From the NCBI GenBank assembly GCA_051453625.1, contig JBOZIK010000001.1:26527180-26576760 (forward strand): a DNA stretch of 49,581 bases. The letters are read 5' to 3'. Shown one piece after another: positions 12,660-25,868 of the stretch. Position 1 is the stretch's first letter, and each line of letters starts with the position of its first letter. The notes below the pieces were generated by a model. That model was not told where the DNA came from and did not search any database. It saw only the letters and a list, made by a program, of their open reading frames with translations. This DNA comes from Welwitschia mirabilis (Eukaryota). The position numbers and the translations under genes are program-made.

Positions 12660-14300
12660 AAGATGCTATATTTTTTCTATAACCAAAATTCTTCTCTTGA
12701 CTAGTTCCACTACCTTTCCTGATTAATGCCATCACCCATTGTGTGTAGAATAATCTCAAACTTTACAAAAATCCTTTTCTCATCTTAATAAAACATTTTG
12801 GTTAATAGGTCTCCCTCTAAAAGATTAAAAAGGTATAATATATAAATCTTGTAATTAATTTCATAAATCTTGTAGAAAATATAAATCTTGTATTTAATTA
12901 CATTCAACCTAAAACTATAGGTGATTACATTAAGGTTAAGAAAACTTTAAGGAAATTCATCCAACCCAATTATCATAATCCTTATCCTTCATCCTCTCTG
13001 TATTCATTTGATCAATACCTTTTACATAGTAATCAAAATTTCTATCCTAAAAATGAAGAACTATACTTTTAATAAGCATTTTATCTTATATATTTCATTA
13101 CACCTCATGATCCTTATACTTTACCATTTAATCCTTATCATCTATCTTCATTTATGCAATAACCAACTTCATTAATCCTTATTGAGGAGAGGGTATGCCC
13201 AAATCCGAATTAACCAAGACCATGACAGAATTTCAAATTAACACTCCTCTTTCCTAGGTAATCTTAAGAAGAGTTTTAAAATGCAAATTCAAGTCCTCTA
13301 ATAAATGTTTCAAGATAATCCTCAAATCATGGAAATCCTTAACTAATAAAAAGGATACCTTCCTTCAATCCTCAAAAATTTTGAAAATTTTATTGAAATT
13401 AATAAGGAAGAAACTAAGAGAAAATTCATGAGGATCTTGAGTTTGGAAACACACTACTTAATAATTAATTATCTTTGAAAAATCTATATTTTAGAGTTAC
13501 ATCAGAGGATGAATCAAAAGATGAACAATCATGTGTGAAATGTTATACTTTAGAGAGATCTACAAAGAAGGATGATACATTAAAAGACATCAACAAAGAG
13601 AACATTAAATCACAAGACTTATCACTTAAGCAAATACATGAGGAGGAGTCCACTAGTAACTTGAATGAGGAAAAGAATATTAGACTCAATCTATTCTATG
13701 AGAAATCCTATCAACAAATCAATGACCTAATTATTTCACCTTTACCTTTATCTAAGCAAGATTCAGGCCTTAGTAAAGAATACAAAACATTTGTAGAATT
13801 GGACTTAACTTTTAAATACCATGACTTTTGTTAATTCATTTTTATCTTCTTCCCAAAATGATGTCTTAAACAAGTTCTAGATTAAAAGTAAATAGTTAAG
13901 GAATGGACTACTACTATCCTTAAATGCATAAACCTTTTTACTTATACTAATGTTCCCTCTAAATTCATAAATTCATACTTACAACTTTACTTGGATTTCC
14001 TCTTATTTTAGTAAAGTTTCTAATCATTCAATAGTTGTTTCCATAATCTTGAGCCTCCATGCACATATAACTTTACAGAATTTTTAGCTTTTGCGTTATA
14101 TTTTTCATGTAGGATAGATTTTTCTTTTACGTTTTATTCCTAGAAAACAATAAAATGCTTAAAAACATGTGTACTTGATGATCTCTCTTACCTAAAACCT
14201 CACAAGCTCTTCCATTTGTACAATCATCACCTTAAACCCTTTTATTTAGGAATCTCCACATTTCATAAATGTAAGTTTCTTCATTTATTCCTTTCATTTC
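12660..14300 (+). pseudogene. Decayed gag-like ORF of the family A element
   Basis: A Pro/Tyr/His-rich segment (QPNYHNPYPS, ~12960) is followed by an acidic segment including ORF 13475..13834. Assigned mainly by position after the PBS. Limits are approximate. Confidence 0.4.
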
Positions 14301-14556
14301 CTAAGAAACCTACTAAATATATAAATCATTCCCCTTGGCTATTCATCCATGAGTTATTGAGACTCATACTTTCAGGTTAATGGCCCCTAAATAAAAATAG
14401 ATAATAAGAAATCTTATTATCACTTAAGTAAAAATTGTAATTAAAGTTTACTTATGGGTCTTAGCTTATTTTAAATGTAATTAATAAAAGCACATTCACT
14501 TAAGAACTTCAGTTTTGATAAAAAGTAGTTAAATAGGTGGGATCTACCTTTGTAAA

Positions 14557-14900
14557 TGTTCCTTAAGTCTAAATATTTTGATGATGACAAGATTTGTCTT
14601 GACTATGCTAATGAGCCAGTAACCCCTCTGACATGCATAAAAAATTAATATGAGAAGAAGAACAAAAGAAAATAATATATTTCTTCTTCAAAAGCACATA
14701 ACTTAAGCCACTTAATTGGGTTTAATTAACTACATTAGGGCTATGGATGTTTAGTAGTGTTATAGCTCTAGTGGTCTACTTTATGACATGTTCAACTACA
14801 TCAAGGCTATATACACTCATTGGTAATGCAGTACTAACTTCTTCATACATCAACATGCTTAATTATATTAGATGAAAATGTCATAATACTCATAATCCTA
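14557..14900 (+). repeat. Possible truncated SIRE-like LTR fragment inside the family A element
   Basis: Begins tgttccttaag..ttttgatgatgacaa, resembling SIRE LTR starts, followed by decayed GTCGAC-like words. No right terminus or TSD found. Confidence 0.25.
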
Positions 14901-15653
14901 TATGTCTAATAGAATTCAAAGTCTTAAAACTAAAGACATATGTGAAGGTAGAAACAGAAAATAAAAGAATGAAAAAGATGGGAATTGGAGGTCTTTGTCT
15001 TTTTTTTTTTTTTTGTATTTTAACTTTCATACTTAGGAATTGATATTATTTCCTTGATTTATATAATTTTCTTAGTCTAAATTACACTTTACTGATTTTG
15101 ATATGTTTAAAAAAAAACAAAAATATAATAAGAACCTTAACTTAGTTAAGTCTGCTCATTTATTCATTAGTTAATGGTTAAGTCCATTATTACATTTTTA
15201 CTATCTATCTCCATCATCCATTCCACCTCACTCTTATCTCATAAAAATAAACTTTTTGGTTTTTTGCTTAGGATTTTTAGGAAATAAATTAGATTATTGT
15301 TATTTTCCATTAGTTATATTTTTCCCTTAGTTAAATTTTTGCCTTTCATAGCTTAGCTGCATTATTTTGCATCATTTTCAATAAAACGACTCCTTGCAAT
15401 ATTTCTAAAAACTATGTTCTTAAAGTAATTTTAATTCTTTTCATCATATAAGTTTGAGAAAAAAGCTTAGTCTTGATCAGGGAGTATAAAATTTTTCATT
15501 TTTAATTCCTTAGTTACTTTAAATTTGTCATAAATATCTTTAAAATGATATCATTTTCATGCTTGAGAACTTTAATTTCAATCATTTTTCTATGTTTAAC
15601 CCTTTTTTCATTGATCTTTATTAAGTAACTAGCAAAATACTAGTTAAGAGGTG

Positions 15654-16981
15654 TGTTACCATGTAAAAATTAACATTCTAATCAATTTAATTAATTAATC
15701 TACCTTAATGGAAAACATTAGTATAATTGATTTTATCATAAAAACATGTCTTCTATTAATCTTAATATTAATTTTGGACTTATGGTTTTTTCCATTATAT
15801 TTTTAGGGTATTTAATTCATCTTGAAGGATATGTTAAAAGCTAATTGTCTATCAAGCTACAACATTAATCTACCATCTAGGACTAGCAATGCCATTTGTC
15901 TATGTGGTGGGTAGATTACTTCCATTCTTGCATTTCTGAAATGTTATAAATAGTTTAGTCAATTAAAGTTATTGGCTTGATTAGATTTTATATTAAAAAT
16001 ATCATCCATTTTAAGTGACATGTGGTGGTGACAAGAAGGACTCGCAGTGATGAAATTTGGTAGGACTAAGTAGGATAACAATTAAGACACATGGTAACAA
16101 TAATGGTTCATAGCAGTTACAACATACAAGAGCCAATTATTAACATCATCATAGGAATCTTTACCGAATGAAAGAAATGACAAAACATCCTATCTAATAT
16201 TATGATTATGTAATCATCCATATAATACTATAAGCCAAGAGCTTATAACCATTCCCAACCCTCATGATCATGTACAAAAGGGCCTTAAGTTCTTCACTGT
16301 ATTCATCCTTCATTTGGGTAAAAGAACAAAACCTCTAGAGCAGCAAGGAGTAATGGAATTTTAAGTTTTTTCTTGGGGAGTCGACGTACTTCAAGGGGCT
16401 TGGGAAATCCTTCATGTTCCCTCATTTTTAATGTAATGAACACTTTTTAAATTTAATAATTTATATTTTTTCCTTTTAATTATTAGTTTGAAATTTAAAT
16501 TTATACTATGAATCACTAGGTGAATTTGATTACTTCATTGGTTTATAGTATTAATAGTATTATGGGTCTCACACACTTTTATTTTTACTTTTCATTTTTA
16601 TGATAAGGTTGTGAAATTAGTTATTATCAAATTCACCAACACTCAAGTGGTGAATGAGATTATGTGATCATGATCCATTCTTTTACACTTAATGATTTGA
16701 ATTTTTGCTTTAGGACAATGTTGCATATGGTTGAGTAAGGACTTGTAGGAGGATGAATTGAGGGACTTAGATCTTGCTTGATTTTCACTTTCTAAAAAAC
16801 GTTTTAAAACCAATTTTTCACTTTATTCTTATTTTTATTTTCTTTTTCTTTCTTTATGTAACTTATAAGATAGTAAGAGTTGGTGTAATTTCTATTTAGT
16901 TAACTCCTACTTATCCCTATGGAAGAATAATAACCAAGTGAAAACTTAGTTTTAAATCTAGTTCACTATAAACTATGAATA
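15654..16981 (+). repeat. Family A 3' LTR
   Basis: Starts tgttaccatg directly after the PPT and is followed by the TSD tcaac. Confidence 0.9.
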
Positions 16982-17249
16982 TCAACCTATTAACAACCAG
17001 GTTGAGTGTCCAAAAAACTATTCAAAAATAAGATAATAGACCTTGTGTTACCTACTTGGGTTGATTGCTTAGAATTATAGGTCGACCTTTCATTAAAGAA
17101 ACAAGAACAATAAAAAATTTATCAATAAACTAGATTTCTAAACTAAGATTAAAATGATAAAAAGATCTTAGAATTGAAAAAGATAAAGAATAGGATAGGG
17201 TTAAGGTTTGAAGGATAACATGATTTTTTAAAGAATTCAAGAATAAGGA

Positions 17250-18800
17250 TCTAGGTTTAAGGATTTATAGAAAGAAGTAAAATATTCTTGAGAAAAAGGT
17301 TTTATTAGAATATCTACTATTTGATGATCAGTGGGAATATATTCAAGTTAATATCCTTGAAACCTAAAATATCTCTAATGAGGTAAGGATGAATGTTGAT
17401 ATGTTTAGTTCTAGAGTAAAAGATAAGATTCTTGAATATGTTTGCATTAGAGTTGTCATAAAAAATTGGTATGTTGGATTCATAAATGTCAAGATCTAGT
17501 AAGGCATGATGAATCTGTAAAACTTAAGCAACGTAATTATCATCTATTATATATTCAGCTTTGTGAGTGGATAAGTCTATAAAAGTTTATTTCTTTAAAT
17601 CCCAACTTGCTAACAAGATTATAGGAAAAAATAATTATCACTAGTCCTTTTTCTATTATGTCTAGAACTAGCCCAATCCAAATCACCAAAAGTAGATAAA
17701 TCTAATATAGTATCTTTGTAAAACCAAATGTTATAGTTTAAGGTTTCTTTTACATACTTAAGAATTCACTTAATGGCCTTAGGAGCTGATTCTTTAGGGT
17801 TGGATTGATACATAACACATAGTCTTACCAAAAATCCGATGTTGGGTTAACTTTTGATTAAGTAGAAAAGATGTCCACTCATTCTTTCATATAGCTTGAT
17901 GTTAACATCTTTCCCACTTTCATTTGTATTCATTTTATCATTCATTTCCATTAGAGATGATACTAGTTTATAGTTCTTTAGACTAAACTTCTTCACAAGT
18001 TCACTTGAAAACTTTTGTTGTGATAAGAATGAAAAATATTTTCTTGAATTTACTTATAATCCAAGAAACATTTGTAGCTCATTTACATGGCTCATTTTAA
18101 AATGATTAATCATGAGTTTGACAAACGCATGAGATATATAATCCATGACTGCTCTAAAAATAATATCATCAAACCTTGTTAATAAATAAAGTTTTATTAA
18201 TCTTACCTCTAATGAAATCATAATATAAAATAAAAGAAGCAAATTTTTCATATCATGTTACTGATGTTTATTTAGAGTGCCTTTTTCAATCTAAAGAAAG
18301 GTAGTTATTTTACATTTATGATATTATCTAAGGTTCCATTTAACAAAGAACTTTTTACATCCATTTGATAACTTTTAAAGTTGTAGAAATAAGGTAAAGC
18401 AATAAAAATGCAAATTGATTCTAATTTGATAACTAATACAAGGTTTCATCAAAATCAATGCCTTCTATTTAAGTATAATCTTATGACACCAACCTTGGTT
18501 TATTTCTTACTACTTAAGAGTTTTTATTTAGTTTGTTTTTAAAATTAATTTGATACCAATGATGTTATGATCACTTGATCTAAGGACAAGCTTCTAAAGT
18601 TTACTTTTATTGAATTGATCAAGTTCTTCTTGTATGGCATTAATCCAATATTCATCTTGTTTACCCTTTTCAAATGACCTAGGTTATAAGGCAGAAACAC
18701 AGCAAACATTTGCATAAATTGAGCTTCAAGATTTTTCTTATTAAATACATATCTAGTTATAGATTTAATAGTAAGATCTTTAGGCATAATTATTCCTTTA
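17250..18800 (-). pseudogene. Copia reverse transcriptase and RNase H (decayed)
   Basis: Minus-strand motifs: TRFDDIIFR (YVDDIIFG), FKMSHVNELQMFLGL, YQSNPKES..AIK*ILKYVKET, FGDLDWASSRHNRKRTS, KAEY, PIFYDNSNA..SRTKHINIHPYLIRD and EYIPTDHQIVDILIKP. Confidence 0.95.
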
Positions 18801-19001
18801 AGAGTTGATTTTTTTTGTAAGATGAAGAAGGTAAAGAAGTAGATATTTGATCATTTGATTAAATTCTTTTATAAATTAACTCTACTCCATCATCTTTAGT
18901 TTTACTCTTGTGAACACTTTTAGTAATTCTAAAACATACACATTCTTCAATTCTACCTGAGTTTTTGTTAAACACGTGATATACTTTACTTATTTAGAAT
19001 T

Positions 19002-21465
19002 GTTAGATTTTAGTGTATCATAATTCTATCCTTATCATTTAGTTATAAATTCATTAATCATCAAATATAAATCCAAAATGTAGAAAATTGTCTAATGTCA
19101 ATTGTGGTAAAGCTATATGTACAAATTAAGGTTCAATCTAATGGATTACCTAAAATATTTTGATTATATATCAGGAAAGCTTCCTAAGATATCTCATTAA
19201 CTCTTAGTTTTAGCCTCTTTATGCTTTATAGATCTCTCAGATCCATCAAATGGTATTAGAAAAAAACTTGAAGTTTTTTAGCGCTTCTTTTTCAAGGAGG
19301 AATATGATTGGAAGGGGAATTCAATTGAAGAAATTTAATAAGGCTACATTCTTAAAAATCTACATTAATAAAAATTAGACTTTAATTTACTCTTTCTATA
19401 GTCATTTTTGTCTACATCATGTATTATTATTACTATGTAAAACTATGGTGATTTTAGATATGTTTTTTGTAAAGGCAGAATAGCCATTCTTATATTATCT
19501 AACTATAAGCCATATTAGCTAGATGAGATTATAAGAATTAAGAGATCCAGTGGCAAATTCATCTTTTAGAATGGACTCCTTGCATATTCTAAGGAAATTT
19601 TAGCAGATTGGATGCATCATTAGCTATCAGACTCTGCAAGATGGTGAATGATAAGAAATCATGGATCCTAGATTGGATAACTACCCAATATCACATAAAA
19701 TCTTCTGGATCTTTTGTAATTTTGGAAATTACTATCAATCACATCCCATACCAATATTTTCCTATCATTTTGATGTTGCAAAAGAGATTCTACATGTCAA
19801 ATATTTTCTTATGCTTTTTTATTATTTCAAATTTCAAAACACCCTTGGGGCCTATAAAAACTAGCTTCTTTACTTTAAATCAAATTTTTTATAGTTTAAG
19901 CCTTTATGGTTTTTGCTTTTTTGTGATTTTGTAATGCTTCTAGATCAATCTTGAACCTACCAAGATAAGTTCAAATTTATAGTGCATAATCCATCTAGAT
20001 AAGCTAATAGATGTTTTAATCTATAGAGGTAAATCCAATAGCCTTCTTTCAATTCACTTTTATGATTATCTATTTTAGTTGGTCTATATTGCATAATTGG
20101 CATATTCAAAGTCCTAATAATGGGGTTATATTTATCATCAAATGATGGGCTGAACATCTTAGACCTCAAACTATGTTTCAATGAGGATTCAAACCAAGAA
20201 GAAGCAAAATTATGAGGAGAAGGTTTTCTTCTAATTCTTCATGTATAGCCAAATTAGATGATCTTAGAAAGATACCTAATCAAATACTCATCAATGATTC
20301 TAATCAAATCACATTTATGTTTATCTAGTAAGGACATGGCATATATGTGATGAGATCACAGATGATAATTTTTCAGATAGATAGGCATATCATGGACTTA
20401 TGTTGCATGTACAAGTTACATGGACCAGGTTGGAAGTAAAATGTACTCTAATTTCGATGTGCCTGTTTACATGTCATTTAACACATCAATATTCTACTCT
20501 TACTTAACACAACATAATCACTATTAGGAAAGGATAATAGTTAACATTTAAATGGCAAGTCCTTTTTTTATTCCTATATATTAATATCATGTGAATGTAT
20601 TTTTATTAGTTTAACATTTATAAAAGGGTATTATTTTAGAGGGGATGCCAAGTTATTAATATTATTTTATACAAACATTATTATAAAAGTAATTATTATT
20701 TGAGAGGAGCATGAATAGTGTATTTTATGAGGTTAGATTTATCAACTCCCACCTTGCTTTACTTGATGGGATGGTTGATTAATGAAAGCTACATTATGGG
20801 CTTATCACAACGAACAAATGTTGCAATTTCATATAAAGATGATGTTGTGAGAAGTGGTATGGGATACTTTTTATGACATTATCTTTACATGAACATTCCT
20901 TGGGTTAGTTCCATTTTTAAGGTGTGTCTCTTTTATTGGATGTATCCCATTTGAAGTATTAAGTATATCACATGATATTAAGTAAGCTACATAGATTACT
21001 TAAGGAGACTGCTTAGAGGATGTATTCTTTAAAGTTGCATAGGATGAAGGATGCAAATTCATCTAGGAAGATCACTTAAAGGAAATATTCCTTGAAGTTG
21101 CACATTTTGATAGCTTGGTTATTCTATTATTGATTTGAATCTTGGTGTTTATTTAACTTAGTGCTTCAGTTTATTACTCTAAATTTCATATCTAGCCTTC
21201 ACATGAAAGAGGGATTTATTGGGTTTTAGTTTATCATAATTCTATGCTTGTCATTTATTTATAGATCCATAAATCATAAAATGTGAATGTAAAATATAGG
21301 AAATTATCTAATGCCAATTATGGCAAAGCTACATGGTATAACTTAAAGATGAATCTAATGAATCACCTAATTTATTTTAATTGTATACTAGGAAAAATCT
21401 CTAAGATGTATTTTTGACTCTTAGTTTTGGGCTCTCTATGCTTTATGGATCTCTTAGATCCATCA
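19002..21465 (+). mobile_element. Short-LTR non-autonomous copia derivative (TRIM/SMART-like) inserted in SIRE pol between integrase and RT
   Basis: LTRs 19002-19248 and 21217-21465 (~248 bp, both ending gatccatca). PBS tggtattaga at 19251, PPT gaaagaggga at 21205-21214, and TSD agaat / agact. A short gag-like remnant (IQLKKFN) lies after the PBS. Confidence 0.88.
19436..20471 (+). repeat. Probable solo LTR of an unrelated family nested in the short-LTR element
   Basis: Termini tgtaaa...tttaca. Flanks tacta / tgtca differ only by transitions. A TATA-like cctataaaa is at ~19851. No second copy is present in the window. Confidence 0.4.
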
Positions 21466-21589
21466 AGACTATCTTAAGAAAATTCCTTCTGATGATTTTC
21501 ATTCAAACTTTTTTGTCATATCATCATTCTTTAATATATAATATTTACTACCAAATATTTTTAAATATGACATGTTTGGCCCTTTTTCT

Positions 21590-22660
21590 TTTCACATATC
21601 ATAGAGAGTTTGAGTTTTACTAGGTCTACGAAAATCTTAGTTGGATATGTAACAAGTAATATTCATAGCTTTAATCTAAAATATCTTAGCTATATCTTTT
21701 TCTTAAAGCATTATCCTAGTCATCTCTTGAATTATTACTCTTTCTTTTAATAACACCATTTGGTTGTGGGTTTCTCAGGGTTGTTCTACCTTTTTTCTCA
21801 CATCATTCATCAAATACTTCATTTTTCTCACATCATTCATCAAATAATTCATTTTTAAACTCTTCCCTATGGTTACTTCTAATTTTTTTAGTGTTGTAAC
21901 TAGTTTTATTTTCTAGTATTTTGCATAAGATTTGAATTTGTTTTAAAAGATTCATTATTAAGTCTTAGAAACAATGCATATGAGAATATTATAGAATACC
22001 CACCATAAGTAATGTATATTTCTTTTCATGAGGACTCTTTATAGGGATAAGACTTATAAGATCAAGATGAAGTAAATATAAAAAACATTAAGAGAAAACA
22101 TAACCAATGTTAGTAAAACTTTTTCTTATTTGTTTTCTAGTTTACAAGCTCTACATAATATCCTTTAACTTTGCTTATAATATAAACACCCTTAATAATA
22201 TTTTGTTTTAAAATGTTGTAAATATTCTTATAGTTAACATGTCTTAGATATTTATGTCATAGCCTACTCTTTTAAGAAGTAATGGAAGATAAACATTTAC
22301 TACTCATTAACTTCATAATTAAATAATCATTTTCATCCCTATCATTAAACAAAAAAAAGTTTTTCATACTTATCTAAAACATGACAATTTGAAGCACTAA
22401 ATAACACATACATACTTTTGTTATAAATTTGGCTGGTTCTAAGGAGGTTGTGCTATATCCTGCTGATATAACAAACATTGTGTATTATTAGAAAGTATTT
22501 TCCACTTATAGTACCAATTCCTAGCATCATTACTTTTTTATTATCTTAAAAAGTTATAGATCCTTCATTGCATTTTCCCATCTTTATGAATCTACTTGTG
22601 TCTCCTATTATGTGTCTAAAGCAACTATTATCAAGATACTAATGAATATCATTAGTAGTT
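21590..22660 (-). pseudogene. Copia protease, GAG-pre-integrase and integrase core (decayed)
   Basis: *YLDNSCFRHIIGD (WYLDSGCSRHMTGD) ~22600-22645, L*HKYLRHVN ~22235-22265, LLHLDLI ~22055-22075, and PQPNGVIKRK..IQEMTR ~21715-21770. A 30-bp tandem duplication lies at 21792-21851. Confidence 0.93.
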
Positions 22661-24580
22661 GTTAATGTAGTATGAACTAAGAGACTTTTGTGTGCTTTTT
22701 CATTACTCCTTATAACAACAAAATTAGATATTTTCATAATAAATTAATAACCAAATAAAGTTCCAAATTGATAAAATACATTACTAAAATGACAATTATG
22801 TTTGGATGATCAAACCTATGATAAATGTGCCAATGAAAAATTTCTTACTTTTCTTATTGAATTCTATTTTTTATGAGTAAGATTGGTATTATCATACTTA
22901 TAGTTTAGATGCATTAAATCTTTAACCTTGAAGAAATATTAAGCTTTACTTGATGAGGCTGGTAAAAAGTAAGAAGATAGATGTGCAACATATTACAGAC
23001 CACTTTTATTACATGGTGTCATTTACTTGAAAATAATTATTCCCAAGGACTTGCCTATGAAAAACTTCATGATAATTTTATTTAAGTGATTAATTTTTAA
23101 AAAGAAAACACTCACATTCCTTTTCTTTTTCTTTGCAAGATCTTAAAGATATAGAATTTATTTCTTAAAGTATGCCTTTTAATGTCCTAAAGTTTTCTTC
23201 ATATAAGTTGCCTCTTTTTCTTATTCTTATTAGCCTATTTTTTTCTTTAAGATGATATTTTCTTTTAAGATCCTTATGCTTTTTCTAAATAGTTCTTAAT
23301 ATACTTGGATCAAACTTTCATCTCCCTCCTTATCATCTTTGGCATTCTCTTTTATTTCTTATTTAGTGGAAGTTGGTTTATCATCTTTAATGTTAGATAA
23401 TTAATATTCTTCTTCATCACTATTTTCTTCTTCTAAAATTAGTAAAACATCTAAATCCAATTTATAAGTGTTAGATAAATCTAATTTAAACCATAATTTA
23501 CCTTAATGATGAGATCCGTATTAGGAGAGGTGAAAGTCATAAGAAATAGCCTCTTGATGTCATGAGGGTCTTCCTTTTTTGACTCATTACTATTTCAAGT
23601 ACCCACATTACATTTTTCTCTAGGGTTTTATAATGTCTTTTTCTTCTTATTATTTGGACACTCAGCTTTCATGTTTTTAAATCCTTTACAAGTATAACAT
23701 TAGATCCCTTTCTCTTTAGATTTGCCCTTGAGTCTTGAGAATGATGTGTTATGTTTCCTCTAATTTCTTCATTTCTTACCTATCAACGTCTTCTTGAATT
23801 TCTAGTAAACAAGGCTAATTATTCATCCACATTAAAATTAAAATTAGAGAAATTAGATCTAGCGTAATCATCTTTATTAATACATTTAGAAGAGGAAAAT
23901 TATTTAACATAAAGAGCCATAACTTTGCCTTTTATATCTTTATGAAAATGTTAATTCAAATGTCAAGACATCACATACTAGTTCTTTAAGGTTAATGTTT
24001 TTAATATTCTTTATGTCTTTAGTTTATAGAACCTTATTTTCATAAGCTTTTGATAGAGACCTTAACATGTTCTTAATAATTTAACTAGTTTTGAGAGATT
24101 CTCTAAGTTCCAAAAGACCATTGACAATATCCTAAGTTTGTTGTTGGATGCAATAAATATTTCATCATCTTGCATTTAAATCTACTTAAATTTCATCATG
24201 AGAATGTACTTCTTGGTCTTCTTAATCTTATTAGTTTCTTTATATGATCCCTTTAAGTAATTCCATATACCTTTTTTGAGGGAAAAATTCCTTGTCTTTT
24301 TGTAATCCTTTGCATTAATTCCATAGTAAATAGGATCTATGGACTTCTTATTGAGTATAGATTAATCTTTGTGTTTGTCATTTCATCTGCTACTTGATTT
24401 GATCATAAAGCTAGTAACTCCATTACTAGTTTCTGATTTCATTGGAGAGGAGAAACCTTCTTTTACAACATCCTAATAGTCAAAGCTCATAGCTTGAATA
24501 AACAATTGCATTCTTATCTTCCAAAATTCATAGTTATTATCGATGAAGTAAGGAGGATAGTTGATTGATTGATCTATAAT
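22660..24580 (-). pseudogene. Copia gag (N-terminus, UBN2 domain, zinc knuckle), decayed
   Basis: DQSINYPPYFIDNNYEFWKIRMQLFIQAMSFDY*DVVKEG at ~24575-24455, then GIWNYLKGSYKETNKIK..MLRSL..LKELVCDVLTFE. Knuckle CYTCKGFKNMKAECP at ~23655-23700. Confidence 0.95.
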
Positions 24581-24635
24581 GATGTATATCCTATTAGGTA
24601 ATTAAACACAAGAAAAAAAATATACCTATGTCAAA

Positions 24636-24649
24636 GGTCTTATACTAAT
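24636..24649 (-). promoter_or_regulatory. Primer-binding site (initiator tRNA-Met), decayed
   Basis: Plus strand ggtcttatactaat versus canonical gctctgataccaat, immediately inside the 5' LTR. Confidence 0.7.
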
Positions 24650-25868
24650 TTTTAGGTTTAATTATCCTAGAGAGGATGGGTAAATAGGATAACTAAGGTA
24701 ATTTTTGCAACTTGATAACTTAACACTTTATTTGCATAATTTAAACTNNNNNNNNNNNNNNNNNNNNNNNNNNNNNNNNNNNNNNNNNNNNNNNNNNNNN
24801 NNNNNNNNNNNNNNNNNNNNNNNNNNNNNNNNNNNNNNNNNNNNNNNTAATTTAAACTATAAATTTATTTGCTAAGTTTTAGTTTTAGTATAATAATCAT
24901 AATAATTTATATAATTAATTAAAGATATAACAATTCATGTTGAATAAATAGACTGAATGAAATAAAATAATAAGCATAAGATATGGAAAATAAGACTATT
25001 TTCCTTTATTATTAATGCAGCCTTCAATTACACATTAACAAGACTTTAGAATTGTCTTCCACCAATAGAAATGGAACTTTTTGGTAATTCTTAGCCTAAA
25101 ATAAAAGTCAATTCCTTTGCTTGACATTATGATTCAATATAGATAGGTATGTAAAAGATTGAATTATAATTAGAAGAGTATGATAATAATTAAAGTACAA
25201 AGCTAATTTTACAAAAGGTATGAATTCATACAAGAATCTAATTATTTATAGAAGAATTTTTCTAGCTATTGTAGGGCATAGATACCAAATATATAACTAT
25301 TAAAACTCATGAAAATGGCTAGTTTACTTTCTTAAATGAAGTTATAATAATTTTCAATAATCCATAATAACTATATCTCTGTAATCCATTAGCCTAATAG
25401 TCAATCGCTTCAAAGTGATAGTTGATCCCTTTTCCTACATTGGCCTTCTATGATAAAAGCTAATTTTGATGGTTAACCTCAAGTTTAAAGTTAGTTAATC
25501 AAATGAATTATGTTTAACATTTCAGACATAGTGATCGACTACTTCAGAAAAAGTTAGTTAACCTAGATAATTAAGCTCTAAAGACTGGCAGTCAATCATT
25601 CTTGAAACTATTAAAATTATCTATTAACGTGTAATTAACTACTTGGAAAATGTTAATCAATTGACTAAACATATTATGATAATTTAGTTATTCTCAAGGT
25701 CCATATCAGCTTGATATTTAGATTGCCTTTAGTATTATTTGCTATGATCAGTTACATGATCCAAGTTCACTCCTATAACATTTAGTATTGGCCTACTAAC
25801 AACTTCATTTCATTAGATTATAGGATAGTATTTGGTATTCCATTAATAAATAACTAAGAAATGCAACT
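24650..25868 (-). repeat. SIRE 5' LTR (contains a 100-N gap)
   Basis: Colinear with 5543-6631 and adjacent to the PBS and gag. Confidence 0.9.

Larger units (their letters stand above)
10787..16981 (+). mobile_element. Non-autonomous Athila-like Ty3/gypsy element (family A) nested in the SIRE pol-env spacer
   Basis: Paired LTRs 10787-12142 and 15654-16981, with TSD tcgac (10782-10786) / tcaac (16982-16986). PBS ttttggtattatttctagga at ~12145 and PPT tagttaagaggtg at 15641-15653. No RT or integrase motifs were seen in the 3.5-kb interior. Confidence 0.88.
5543..25868 (-). mobile_element. Full-length but decayed Ty1/copia SIRE (Sirevirus)-type LTR retrotransposon with env-like extra ORF
   Basis: Homologous ~1.1-kb LTRs, tRNA-Met PBS, copia domain order gag-PR-INT-RT-RH, and an extra 3' ORF. 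Multiple PPTs and the SIRE-type LTR end motif attcactcctcccctctc are present. TSD candidate: aaaaa (5538-5542) / agaaa (25869-25873). Confidence 0.9.
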
